A stretch of DNA of 64,000 nucleotides, taken from an uncultured Clostridia bacterium (GTDB lineage: Bacteria > Bacillota > Clostridia > Christensenellales > UBA1242). The stretch spans positions 14,063-78,062 of the forward strand of contig CALWPG010000006.1 in the NCBI GenBank assembly GCA_944383375.1, given 5' to 3'. Both the position numbers and the translations under genes were made by a program. Within the stretch, counting starts at the first letter, position 1. The number at the start of each line of letters is the position of its first letter. Of this stretch, positions 9,501 through 18,799 are shown piece by piece. The notes beneath the pieces were generated by a model. The model searched no databases. It worked only from the letters and a program-made list of their open reading frames with translations, and was not told where the DNA came from.

Positions 9501-9809
9501 ATGTACATTGAAATAAAAACTGACCCTTACTTTGTAAGTCAAAGGCTAAAAGAAATTGACCAAAGTTATTATCTTGTTTTCAATGTGTTAAGGGGTAAAT
9601 ATGAAGTTCATTCAAGTGCACAAGTGGGATGTAGTTATTGTTTGACGAGTCCCTTTGAAGGACTTGATGAAAGGTTAATAGATCTCACTAAAAAAACTCG
9701 TAGAGAAAATTTAAGGCAATTATTAAAAGAAATTGATGAGGAAAATAAAAAGCTTGAGAATCAAATCATCAAAACAATGGAGGAAATATGTCTACAAAAC
9801 AAATATTAA
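9501..9809 (+). CDS. Hypothetical phage protein
   Basis: 102-aa ORF with SD AAAGGAG in the structural module. No recognisable motif. Confidence 0.45.
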   Translation: MYIEIKTDPYFVSQRLKEIDQSYYLVFNVLRGKYEVHSSAQVGCSYCLTSPFEGLDERLIDLTKKTRRENLRQLLKEIDEENKKLENQIIKTMEEICLQNKY

Positions 9810-10357
9810 AATTAGTTGCAACATTTTTGGGAAAAGAAGAACTTCTTGAATGTTCCTACTTCACAGAAAGTGAGGACACGCTAACAGATGAACAAACAAA
9901 AGAACTCGATATTTTGCTCAGATGTTTGAATTTGGTAGTAAGTGAAATTTCAACGGAATATTTACCAATTTATCACGAAAAGGAAGTTACATTTAGCGAT
10001 GGTAAACTTCTTTTAAGCGAAATAGACAAAGACCTATTTCAAATTTGCAGTCTAAAAGATCAATTTGGAAATAACGTAAAGTTTCGTATTTTTGACAGTC
10101 ATATCAAAGCCAATGTTACTAACGCAACAGTTGTATATACAGTGTTTGCAAGTACTTGCACTTTGGACGGCAATGTGGATGAATTTTGTGTTAAAATCCC
10201 AGACAGAGTTTTTGCATATGGCACTGCTATGGAGTATTCCTTTATTAGTTCACTTTTTGATGATGCGCAGATTTGGGAGTCAAGATACAAAAATTCACTT
10301 CTTTCAATTTCTTCAAAAAAACACAACGTAGTTATGCCAAAACGGAGGTGGCTGTGA
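9788..10357 (+). CDS. Candidate head-tail adaptor/connector protein
   Basis: 189-aa ORF just downstream of the capsid gene. The start overlaps the upstream ORF. The call rests on position only, apart from a helical N-terminal region. Confidence 0.35.
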   Translation: MSTKQILKLVATFLGKEELLECSYFTESEDTLTDEQTKELDILLRCLNLVVSEISTEYLPIYHEKEVTFSDGKLLLSEIDKDLFQICSLKDQFGNNVKFRIFDSHIKANVTNATVVYTVFASTCTLDGNVDEFCVKIPDRVFAYGTAMEYSFISSLFDDAQIWESRYKNSLLSISSKKHNVVMPKRRWL

Positions 10358-11865
10358 TGTTTTACTACAAAGCATTGCTTAAAAAGAATGTCACGGAGTA
10401 TAAAATCACATTTAGTTCATTTGCGAGTGGCATGAATAGTGAGATAGATGAGGGAATTTTGCCCTACAAATATGCCAAAAGCTGTTTCAATTATCGAATT
10501 GTCAATGGAGCACTTAAAGATGGCATCGGGTTTGAGCCGTTGACTCTTCCAAAAAATATGGATGATCCACAAAATGAAAGACAAGTCATTATGGAAACTA
10601 GCCAAAAAGTGGAACGTCTTTGGCTTTACAGAGATTTTGACCAAGAGGAAAATGTTGCCGAGTATAAAATTCTTTATTACAATCGTGGAGAAATTCGTTG
10701 GATCCCACTTTATGGTCAAAGTATGTACACATTTATTATACCTAGTGTGATATACAACACCAGTATTCCAAATGCCGTCAACTATCGTTTGGATGGCAAA
10801 GATTATATGATCTTTTCTTCTCCAACTGACGGTATGTGGAGATATAATTCCAATGAAATGGCACAAAGAATAGAAGATGGCCCCTGTATCGTCTCCATGT
10901 GTCTTCATTATGAACGACTTTTTGCAATAATAGAAAACGGCGAGCGCAATAGATTGAGCTTCTCTGCCAATTTGGACCCAACAAACTTTAACGTCAGCTT
11001 AGACGAAGGTGGATTTATTGATATGCAAGATGATAGGGGTCGTTTACTTAAGGTTGTCTCCTTTAATGACTATGTGTATGTATTTCGTGAATTTGGAGTG
11101 GCAAGAGTGTCAGCATATGGCGACCAAACTTCATTTTCCGTATCCCAACTTTTTGCTTCAAGTTCAAAAATATATGCCAATTCCGTGTGTGTATGTGGAG
11201 ACATCATCATGCTTTTGACACGCGACGGACTATATTCTTTCAATGGCTCTACGACATCAAAGGTCACTCTTGGCATAGAGACATTGTTTGAAGGCATCAA
11301 AAATGAGCAGTGTGCTTCAATCTATCATAATGGTAAGTATTACCTAGCGCTAAAACTAAACTTCAATGATGGTGAGAAAATTGGTTGTGAAAATTACTCG
11401 GGTGGGTATGTGAACAATGCAATAATTGAACTAGATTTAAAAACCGGAGATATCAGCATCACGAGAGGCATTGATATCTGCGATATGCTAGTTATTGATG
11501 ATGGAGTGATATGCAAACTCATAGCATGTTTTCATGGAGAACATGAAAAGGACATTGCTCAAATGACAACTGATGGAAAATTTTTTGATACACCACTAAA
11601 AAAGTGCTGGGTATCCCCAAAGAGTAATTTGGGATATCCTACACAGGTAAAACGAATAAAAGAGGTGTTTGTAAAAACCAAGTCACCTTGCTACGTTAAG
11701 ATTGCAACGGAGAACAAGACCAAAATATTTTCGTTAAAAGGCAGTAACATTACTCAGCGCATCAAAGCCAACGTCTTTGGTGAACAAGTAGAGGTGTCCT
11801 TTATTTCTCAAGATAGTGACACGGATATATCTTGTCCATACATTACCATGGGAGTAACATCATGA
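10357..11865 (+). CDS. Large phage structural protein (candidate tail/nozzle or receptor-binding protein)
   Basis: ATG 10357 overlaps the upstream stop (TGATG) and is preceded by GGAGGTGG (the track ORF starts at 10273). 502 aa and beta-rich. It is the only large non-secreted unassigned ORF in the module. Confidence 0.4.
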   Translation: MFYYKALLKKNVTEYKITFSSFASGMNSEIDEGILPYKYAKSCFNYRIVNGALKDGIGFEPLTLPKNMDDPQNERQVIMETSQKVERLWLYRDFDQEENVAEYKILYYNRGEIRWIPLYGQSMYTFIIPSVIYNTSIPNAVNYRLDGKDYMIFSSPTDGMWRYNSNEMAQRIEDGPCIVSMCLHYERLFAIIENGERNRLSFSANLDPTNFNVSLDEGGFIDMQDDRGRLLKVVSFNDYVYVFREFGVARVSAYGDQTSFSVSQLFASSSKIYANSVCVCGDIIMLLTRDGLYSFNGSTTSKVTLGIETLFEGIKNEQCASIYHNGKYYLALKLNFNDGEKIGCENYSGGYVNNAIIELDLKTGDISITRGIDICDMLVIDDGVICKLIACFHGEHEKDIAQMTTDGKFFDTPLKKCWVSPKSNLGYPTQVKRIKEVFVKTKSPCYVKIATENKTKIFSLKGSNITQRIKANVFGEQVEVSFISQDSDTDISCPYITMGVTS

Positions 11866-11940
11866 TGGATGAAAACCTTTTGAGATATTTCAATAAAATA
11901 ACTAAGCGTAAAAATTATTATAAAAATAGGAGTGTAAAAA

Positions 11941-12828
11941 ATGTATTCTTATACCTTTTCCAAAGATGATACAGACAAAGTAACCCAAAAAACTCAAGAT
12001 TATTCAAATATGCTTGATGATTTCAAAAAAATTGACGACAAATACAACTTGACAACAGACAGTGTAACCTTTGAAAAGCAAACTTTCACAAAACCAAGCG
12101 ATGAAGAAATTCAAAAACAAGCTCAAAACAGCTTGGAAAATTATAAAAACACATCGCTTGAAAATATCGACAAAGAATATAAAGAAAAAAGTGCTTATCT
12201 TCAAAGCCAAATAGAAGATGCGCAATCTTCTGCCAACAAGCAAAAGGAAGAAACTAAGGATTTGTATTCTCAACTAAAGCAAGATGCGTCAAATGATGCG
12301 ACAAAAAGAGGACTTGCAAGGTCTTCAATTGTCATAAATATTTTGGATGCATTCGATCAAGGTATGATTGACGAAATTAATAAAATTAACGAAGAGATTT
12401 CAACTAAAGTTGAAAGTTTGAACAATCAAAAGGAGCTTTTGTCTGAGCAGCGTCAAAGTGCACTCAATGCTTTTGATATTTCCTATGCAGTTGAACTTTC
12501 AACCAAAATAGACGAGATTAACGCCGAGCTTTTGGAGCAAGAGCAAAAAGTTATTGAATATAACAACAAAATTGCTGAAAAAGAAGCAGAGTATGAACAA
12601 CAACGCAATCAAGATACCCTAGACAGGGCAGAATTCATAGAAAAATACGGTGAAGATGCATTGCTTGATCTTAAACAAAGCGAAAAGTACAACATAGCAC
12701 TAGCCTATCTTTCAACTCTATCCAAAGAGGATGCTTTAAGTGAACTTGAAACAAACAAAACATACTCTAGTGAGCTTGGTCCAAAATATTTCAACAGGTT
12801 GAAAGTTTTAATCAACGATAGAGAATAG
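11941..12828 (+). CDS. Acidic coiled-coil phage protein (function unknown)
   Basis: 295 aa, E/K/Q-rich heptad-like sequence, SD AGGAG upstream. Confidence 0.45.
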   Translation: MYSYTFSKDDTDKVTQKTQDYSNMLDDFKKIDDKYNLTTDSVTFEKQTFTKPSDEEIQKQAQNSLENYKNTSLENIDKEYKEKSAYLQSQIEDAQSSANKQKEETKDLYSQLKQDASNDATKRGLARSSIVINILDAFDQGMIDEINKINEEISTKVESLNNQKELLSEQRQSALNAFDISYAVELSTKIDEINAELLEQEQKVIEYNNKIAEKEAEYEQQRNQDTLDRAEFIEKYGEDALLDLKQSEKYNIALAYLSTLSKEDALSELETNKTYSSELGPKYFNRLKVLINDRE

Positions 12829-12830
12829 TC

Positions 12831-13064
12831 ATGTGGGACGAAGTATTCAGTGTTGCATTGACAAACGGCATATTTGCTTGTTTGTTCGTTGCATTGCTGG
12901 TATATGAACTAAAAGATTCACGTCAACGTGAAAAGAAATACCAAAAGACAATTGATGTGCTATCTTCAAGACTGGTGACAGTTGAAAAGGTAAAAGAAGA
13001 TGTCGACGAAATTAAGCAAGCAGTGGTACTAAAAAGGGGGAAAAAGTCTAATGAAAACATTTAA
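12831..13064 (+). CDS. BhlA/UviB-family holin-like protein
   Basis: TNGIFACLFVALLVYELKDSRQREKKYQKTID closely resembles the BhlA signature (..GPFAVLF.WLLFYV.K.S..RE..). Single N-terminal TM followed by a charged coiled tail. Confidence 0.65.
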   Translation: MWDEVFSVALTNGIFACLFVALLVYELKDSRQREKKYQKTIDVLSSRLVTVEKVKEDVDEIKQAVVLKRGKKSNENI

Positions 13065-13344
13065 GGAAAAAATAAAGACTTATAGTTTTTGGACAGGACT
13101 AAGTGCAGCAGTAGTGATGTTGTGTAACGTAATTGCGAAATGTTTTGGGTTTACAATTGATAATAAACTTGTGGAAAATATAATAATGTCTATCTGTGGA
13201 GTTTTGGTGGCACTTGGTTTTGTGTGTGCGCCAAAAACCTCGAAACAGGAGCAACAAAATTCCAGTGACGAAACAATAGAAATTGAACAAAAACCACAAG
13301 AGGACACACAAACATCACAAGAGGACAAAGCAAAACAAAGTTGA
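13051..13344 (+). CDS. Phage holin (phi LC3 / Phage_holin_1-like)
   Basis: KTYSFWTGLSAAVVMLCNVIAKCFGFTIDNKLVENIIMSICGVLVALGFV matches the two-TM pattern of this holin family. Hydrophilic acidic C-terminus. Overlaps the BhlA-like ORF. Confidence 0.65.
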   Translation: MKTFKEKIKTYSFWTGLSAAVVMLCNVIAKCFGFTIDNKLVENIIMSICGVLVALGFVCAPKTSKQEQQNSSDETIEIEQKPQEDTQTSQEDKAKQS

Positions 13345-13364
13345 TGTCCAACATAAAATCTAGA

Positions 13365-13392
13365 TCGAGAGAAATGTTTCTCTCGATTTTTT
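13365..13392 (+). terminator. Intrinsic terminator closing the phage-like module
   Basis: Perfect 10-bp stem TCGAGAGAAA (13365-13374) / TTTCTCTCGA (13377-13386) followed by TTTTTT. Confidence 0.8.
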
Positions 13393-13445
13393 AATTTGAC
13401 AAATGAATTATTTGCTTTTATCATAATCATAAATAAGGAGTAAAA

Positions 13446-13697
13446 ATGATCCATTCCCTATCAGGTGGTGTGGCAAAAGAATATAACATTTATGATTATG
13501 CAAAGGTTGAAACAAAGCTTGGTGTTTTCTTTTTCATTTCAGATATATCATCTTTAAAAGTAGGTGATGTTGTTGAAGTCTGCGTAAAAAATCAAACTGT
13601 TGAGGGTGAAGTTTTGAGGATTGATAAAAATGTTTCAGAGCAAAATTTCCCTATTTCTGCAAAAAAATTAAAAAAAATATTAAAAGTTAAAAACTAA
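13446..13697 (+). CDS. Hypothetical small protein
   Basis: 83-aa ORF with SD AAGGAG. No recognisable motif. Confidence 0.4.
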   Translation: MIHSLSGGVAKEYNIYDYAKVETKLGVFFFISDISSLKVGDVVEVCVKNQTVEGEVLRIDKNVSEQNFPISAKKLKKILKVKN

Positions 13698-13715
13698 TCA
13701 ATAATATAAAAACAC

Positions 13716-13744
13716 TTGATATTTTTTTTACAATGCTATATAAT
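13716..13744 (+). promoter_or_regulatory. Sigma-A-type promoter
   Basis: TTGATA (13716-13721), 17-nt spacer, TATAAT (13739-13744), about 40 nt upstream of the membrane-protein gene. Confidence 0.5.
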
Positions 13745-13785
13745 ACTCATACTAATTCAAGTTTTTTTGTTAATATGGAGTGTTA

Positions 13786-14721
13786 ATGATATTCAAAAAC
13801 TCGCTTAAATTGTTTGTTGCAAACTTTTCAGTTTTTTGGAAATTACTTTTGTACAAACTAGTGGCAATACTCATATGTGCTGCTCTTTTGATTCCTGCAT
13901 ATTTTTCATGGGCTGAGGCTTTCGATAGTGTTGATTTTTCAAGACTTATCATAGATTTTTCCACAAAAACTGTTTTTGTTAATATCTCCGTATTACTTAG
14001 AAGTTTGTTTGTAGTAATTGAAGCTTTTTTAGATGCTGTGGTGATAATGTATAGCACAAATGCTTTTATGCTATTTTACACTGCCTTTATTGTACTTTTT
14101 TTGCTTCCTTTTTTGTTTGGACTTTCTGCAATTCCAACAGGTGAGGGGCTGTACTCATATATGGCAAGCTTGTCAAAAAGTAGTTTCATGGCGAACTTTG
14201 TATCCAAACTTGGGCGAAGTGCATTGTATTCGCTCATTCGCACATTGCTTTTGTTGCCATTTTTGGCGATACTTTTCGTGGGTGGATATTACATTTTGTC
14301 GCTAGTAAATCAAGAGGGCATAATAGTTATTTTTATGCCAATAATTTTAGTGTTATATCTTGTCCTTATGCTCACATTATTCACAACACTGCTTTCTGGT
14401 TTCATGCCAGCAAGTGTAGCATTTAACATTTCACCAATTTTTACATTTAGAAAAGGTCTAAAAGCAGTTTCAAGAACGTTTTTAAGAGTATTTTCAAGTA
14501 TTTTTGTAATATTTTTCTTTACTGTACTGCTCTCTTTCCTGATGACATCTTTTTCACTAATTGCACTCATTCCACTTGCGTCTGTGGCAATCATCATGCT
14601 TGAAATGGTGATGTTTTTTGAAAGTCAGGGCAACAGGTATTATGTCGATCTCGACTCCATCGTAACACCACGCAAACTTGAACAGTGTGATAAATTTAGT
14701 AAAGTTAAAAATATCATTTAA
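13786..14721 (+). CDS. Polytopic integral membrane protein (unknown function)
   Basis: About 7-8 hydrophobic helices. The ATG at 13786 is preceded by GGAG (the track ORF starts at GTG 13780). Confidence 0.55.
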   Translation: MIFKNSLKLFVANFSVFWKLLLYKLVAILICAALLIPAYFSWAEAFDSVDFSRLIIDFSTKTVFVNISVLLRSLFVVIEAFLDAVVIMYSTNAFMLFYTAFIVLFLLPFLFGLSAIPTGEGLYSYMASLSKSSFMANFVSKLGRSALYSLIRTLLLLPFLAILFVGGYYILSLVNQEGIIVIFMPIILVLYLVLMLTLFTTLLSGFMPASVAFNISPIFTFRKGLKAVSRTFLRVFSSIFVIFFFTVLLSFLMTSFSLIALIPLASVAIIMLEMVMFFESQGNRYYVDLDSIVTPRKLEQCDKFSKVKNII

Positions 14722-14798
14722 TTATTGAAAAGCATCTTAACAAAAGAATAATACAAGTTGAATCTTGTAAGTTTTTTAATTTAATAAAAGGAGAAAAT

Positions 14799-16631
14799 AT
14801 GGAACAAAAAACAAGCGACGAGAAGATATTGGAACAGTTAAATTCACTAATTGGAGGGAAAAATCTCGTTGCAAAACAAGACAATAAAAACACAAAAAAA
14901 GTAAAAAAAGTAGTAGAAAGTAAGACTGAAAACCAACCTAACTTTGTGAAACCTATCGTAGTGAAAGGAAAAGACAAATCTCCAAAAGTCAAAATAACCT
15001 TTTTGGGTGGTGTTGGCGAAATTGGAAAAAACATGACGGCGATAGAATATGGCGATGAGATGATCGTGGTTGACTGTGGAATGAGTTTCCCAGATGATGA
15101 TCTTCCGGGTATAGATGTCGTCACGCCAGATATTACCTATCTAGTTCAAAACAAACATAAATTAAAAGCCTTTATCATAACGCACGGCCATGAAGACCAT
15201 ATTGGAAGTATTCCTTTCGTTTTAAGTGATGTGAATGTCCCAATCTATGGGTCAAGACTTACTTTGGGTTTAATTGAGAATAAATTAAAAGAATATCCAA
15301 AGCTTAAATATAAACTTATAGCCGTAAAACCAAAACAGGTACTTAAGATCGGTAATTTTGCAATCGAGTTCATTCATGTAAATCACTCAATTGCCGGATC
15401 ATTGGCACTTGCAATAACCACTCCATGTGGAGTAATTGTGCATTCTGGCGACTTTAAAATAGATTTTGAGCCGGTCACTGGCGAAACTACAGACCTTTCA
15501 CGTTTGGCCGAAATTGGCAGACGGGGTGTCAATTTGCTTTTATGCGAAAGCACCAATGTTTGTAGGCCGGGCTATTCCATGAGCGAATCCAACGTTGGCA
15601 AAGTATTGGATAGCATATTTGAAAAACATCCAAACAATAGGCTTTTCATTGCTACATTTGCATCAAATATTCAACGTATGCAACAGATTTTGGATCTTGC
15701 TGAAAAATATAAAAGAAAAGTTGCGTTTAGTGGTCGAAGCATGTTGAATGTAAGCGAAGTTGCTTCCAAACTTGGAGAACTTAAATATAACAAAGAGAAC
15801 ATCATAGATATAGACAAAGTATCAAAATATGACGATAAAGAAATCCTCATCATGGCAACGGGTAGTCAAGGTGAATCCATGAGTGCATTATCTCGCATGG
15901 CATCTGGAGAATTCAAAGGAATTGATCTAGGGGAAAATGACTGTATAATTCTTTCGTCATCGCCAATTCCTGGCAATGAAAAATCTGTCTATGGCCTTAT
16001 AAATACTTTGTTCAAAAAAGGCGCAGATGTGATATATGATGAACTTGCCGATGTGCATGCTTCTGGTCACGCATGCCAAGAGGAAATCAAAATAGTACAC
16101 AAGTTGTTAAAACCTAAAAACTTTATGCCAGTTCACGGTGAATATAGGCACTTAAAACAACATAAAGAACTTGCGATAGCAATGGGTTGTGAAGCAAAAA
16201 ATATCATACTTCCTGACCTTGGTATGCAGGTTGAAATGTCAAAGAACTCCATAAGAACTTGTGGTTTTGTTCAAGCTGGTATGCGACTTGTGGATGGTTC
16301 AGGTGTAGGGGATTTGACAAGCGCCGTGCTTCGTGATAGAAAACAACTTTCCGAGGAAGGTGTTTGCGTTGCCGTTGTCAATGTCTCAAGTGTATCAGGA
16401 ACACTTTCAAGTGATCCATTTGTAATCACACGTGGTGTTGTGTATAATGATGAGGCAGATGACTTCAACCAAGATGCCAGAAGCCATCTAAGCCAGCTAT
16501 TAAAAGGTTATGACCTTAAAGATTTGGATCAGACCGAACTAAAGGCCATAGTTAGAAAATCTATAAGTAATTTTGTATTCAAACGCACAAAGAGAAGACC
16601 ACTTATTCTTACAGTCGTCTTGTCGTCATGA
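14799..16631 (+). CDS. rnj: Ribonuclease J
   Basis: Metallo-beta-lactamase motif HGHEDHIG and beta-CASP/RNase J architecture (KITFLGGVGEIGKNMT..). About 60-aa Lys-rich N-terminal extension. SD AAAGGAG. Confidence 0.9.
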   Translation: MEQKTSDEKILEQLNSLIGGKNLVAKQDNKNTKKVKKVVESKTENQPNFVKPIVVKGKDKSPKVKITFLGGVGEIGKNMTAIEYGDEMIVVDCGMSFPDDDLPGIDVVTPDITYLVQNKHKLKAFIITHGHEDHIGSIPFVLSDVNVPIYGSRLTLGLIENKLKEYPKLKYKLIAVKPKQVLKIGNFAIEFIHVNHSIAGSLALAITTPCGVIVHSGDFKIDFEPVTGETTDLSRLAEIGRRGVNLLLCESTNVCRPGYSMSESNVGKVLDSIFEKHPNNRLFIATFASNIQRMQQILDLAEKYKRKVAFSGRSMLNVSEVASKLGELKYNKENIIDIDKVSKYDDKEILIMATGSQGESMSALSRMASGEFKGIDLGENDCIILSSSPIPGNEKSVYGLINTLFKKGADVIYDELADVHASGHACQEEIKIVHKLLKPKNFMPVHGEYRHLKQHKELAIAMGCEAKNIILPDLGMQVEMSKNSIRTCGFVQAGMRLVDGSGVGDLTSAVLRDRKQLSEEGVCVAVVNVSSVSGTLSSDPFVITRGVVYNDEADDFNQDARSHLSQLLKGYDLKDLDQTELKAIVRKSISNFVFKRTKRRPLILTVVLSS

Positions 16632-16634
16632 TTT

Positions 16635-17222
16635 ATGGAAAAATATTTAAATGATTTAAAACAATATGCCAAAATCAATCACATTCCGATCATCAAAGAT
16701 GATGGGTGTGATTTTTTAATTGATTTTTTGAAAAACAAAAAGCCAAAAAACATATTGGAGATTGGAACGGCAGTTGGCTACTCAGGTGTAAAAATGTTAA
16801 ATTGTGTAAAAGATGCCACTTTGACCACCATTGAGATAGATGAGCATATGGCAAAAATTGCCAAACAGACTTTTGAGAAAACAAATTTAACTAATCGCGT
16901 AAACTTAATTCAAGGTGATGCAAGGCAGGTAATATACAGCCTAAAAGAAAACAGTTTTGACTTTATTTTTTTGGATGGGCCAAAAGGCCAATATATAAAT
17001 TATTACCAACAATTAAAAATTTTGCTAAAAAGTGGAGGGTACATTTTCGTTGACAATATATACTTTCACAACCTTGTCAATGGACCTGAATTTGTAAAGC
17101 ACAAGCTTAGAACAATTGTGGTAAATCTTCGTAAATTCATACAACTAATACAAAATGATAGTCAGGTAAACGCACAAATCTATGAAATGGGTGATGGTTT
17201 GGCACTCATTGAAAAGCGCTAA
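16635..17222 (+). CDS. Class I SAM-dependent O-methyltransferase (family 3, YrrM/TrmR-like)
   Basis: SAM-binding ILEIGTAVGYSG, then TIEID and FIFLDGPKGQY motifs. Confidence 0.75.
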   Translation: MEKYLNDLKQYAKINHIPIIKDDGCDFLIDFLKNKKPKNILEIGTAVGYSGVKMLNCVKDATLTTIEIDEHMAKIAKQTFEKTNLTNRVNLIQGDARQVIYSLKENSFDFIFLDGPKGQYINYYQQLKILLKSGGYIFVDNIYFHNLVNGPEFVKHKLRTIVVNLRKFIQLIQNDSQVNAQIYEMGDGLALIEKR

Positions 17223-17275
17223 GTATTTGCAATTGCTGTGTGTTTGGTGATATAATGTAGGACAAAGGAGAAATC

Positions 17276-17719
17276 ATGCAAATAGAAGTTGAGTCACTTA
17301 GTGAAGATATGACAATGAATATAGCAGAAAAATATGCAAAAAGCATAACCTCTCCAACTGTTATTTCACTGGTTGGTGACCTTGGGGCAGGAAAGACAAC
17401 TTTTGCAAAAGGTTTTGCAAGAGGACTAAGCATCAAGGACTTGGTTACAAGTCCTACCTTTACAATCATGAATGATTATAAAAGCGGCAGGATGAACTTG
17501 TACCATTTTGATATGTATCGTTTAACAAGCAAAGAAGAGGCACTTGAACTTGGGTTTGGTGAATATTTTGATCTTCGCACCCTTGATGGAGTTTGTCTTG
17601 TTGAGTGGGCAGAGAATGTGAAAGGATTACTCCCAGCACTTTTTGTTGAGGTTACTCTAACAAAAATAGATGAAAATAAACGAAAAATAGCATTTGAAGT
17701 AAAAGGTTGGGTAAAATGA
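17276..17719 (+). CDS. tsaE: tRNA t6A biosynthesis ATPase TsaE
   Basis: P-loop LVGDLGAGKTTFAKGFARGL and HFDMYRL motif. Confidence 0.85.
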   Translation: MQIEVESLSEDMTMNIAEKYAKSITSPTVISLVGDLGAGKTTFAKGFARGLSIKDLVTSPTFTIMNDYKSGRMNLYHFDMYRLTSKEEALELGFGEYFDLRTLDGVCLVEWAENVKGLLPALFVEVTLTKIDENKRKIAFEVKGWVK

Positions 17720-18360
17720 AACTTTTGTGTATTTCAACAGCATTTAAAAACACTGACATTGCATTAAATTTAGACAATAAAATGTCCTATTCTCAAACTC
17801 TGAGCGATGCCAAACAATCTGAAAACGCACTTGTCGCAATTGACGCATTACTCAAAGAAAACAAAACAAAAATCCAAGATATAGATTCAGTGTCAGTTGT
17901 CATCGGTCCTGGCTCTTTCACTGGTATACGCATAGGAATTGGTCTTGCCAAAGGCATGGCTGTGGCAAAACCGGATTTAAAGTTGGTTGCAATTTGCTCA
18001 CTTGATTTAATGGCATATATTTTTAATAGAGATTGCAAGCCAGAGCAAGATTTTTATTGCATTTTAAATGCCTTGAGTGGCAATATTTTTGCACGCAAAT
18101 ATACAAAAGATGGTGAGGCAATAGATGAGCCAAAGATGTTGACTGGCGATGAAATTACTTTACTTAGGGGAACAATAGTTGGACTTGAAGATGAAAATTT
18201 GTCCATATGCAATCAAAAGGTGAGTTTTACGCCTCAAAGTTTGCTTGAGTTGTCAACACTTTATTATTCTCAGGGTAAATTTGTCAGCGAAAACAACTTG
18301 CTTCCGTTGTACCTACGCAAGTCACAGGCGGAGATGAATGATGCAAATAAGAAAAATTAA
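17716..18360 (+). CDS. tsaB: tRNA t6A biosynthesis protein TsaB
   Basis: GPGSFTGIRIGIGLAKGMA motif. ATG 17716 overlaps the tsaE stop (ATGA). The track ORF starts at TTG 17707. Confidence 0.85.
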   Translation: MKLLCISTAFKNTDIALNLDNKMSYSQTLSDAKQSENALVAIDALLKENKTKIQDIDSVSVVIGPGSFTGIRIGIGLAKGMAVAKPDLKLVAICSLDLMAYIFNRDCKPEQDFYCILNALSGNIFARKYTKDGEAIDEPKMLTGDEITLLRGTIVGLEDENLSICNQKVSFTPQSLLELSTLYYSQGKFVSENNLLPLYLRKSQAEMNDANKKN

Positions 18361-18778
18361 AGTAGAACATTTTGACCAACTTTATTCATTGTCCAAACTT
18401 ATTTTTAAAGAAGAAAGTTGGAGCAAAGATCAATTGCGAGAGGCCATAGAAGATGACAACTATCTGTGTATTTCACTGATGGATGAGGGCAAAATACTTG
18501 CTTTTTTGATCGCAGTGCAATCGCTTGACGATATAAATATTGTAAGTGTAGCAACTCATAGTGACCATCAAAAAAAAGGTTATGCCACAAGACTTTTAAA
18601 TTGGATGATAAACCTAGCAAAATATGTGGAAAAAACACTTTCGCTTGAAGTTAAATCAAAAAACGAAGTGGCAATTAAACTTTACGAAAAGTTGGGTTTC
18701 GTGAAAGTGCATGAAAGACCTCGTTATTATCGTGACGGTGACACTGCTTTAATAATGTTTCTAGGTGACACTAAATAG
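18338..18778 (+). CDS. rimI: Ribosomal-protein-alanine N-acetyltransferase (GNAT)
   Basis: GNAT motif A HQKKGYATRLLNWMI. Canonical position after tsaE-tsaB. Confidence 0.8.
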   Translation: MMQIRKIKVEHFDQLYSLSKLIFKEESWSKDQLREAIEDDNYLCISLMDEGKILAFLIAVQSLDDINIVSVATHSDHQKKGYATRLLNWMINLAKYVEKTLSLEVKSKNEVAIKLYEKLGFVKVHERPRYYRDGDTALIMFLGDTK

Positions 18779-18799
18779 ACCAAAATCATAAATATTTAT

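Larger units (their letters stand above)
1..13392 (+). mobile_element. Phage-derived region: late regulator, DNA-packaging, head-morphogenesis and holin genes of a prophage or defective phage-like element; left end runs off the window
   Basis: Collinear plus-strand block of terminase large subunit, TerS-like ORF, portal, scaffold, major capsid, small structural ORFs and two holins. It is closed by a strong intrinsic terminator at 13365-13392, and housekeeping genes follow. Confidence 0.7.

Noticed and set aside
11862-11970. Short ORF (about 35 aa, MMDENLLRYFNKITKRK..) in the gap after the 502-aa phage gene.
   Set aside because: It overlaps the next gene's SD and start. Its composition is consistent with AT-rich noise, and there is no independent support.
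10417-15124. Antisense ORFs 10417-10908(-), 13080-13454(-) and 14714-15124(-).
   Set aside because: Each lies opposite a better-supported plus-strand gene (phage structural gene, holin, the 5' end of rnj). 13080-13454 also runs across a terminator hairpin.
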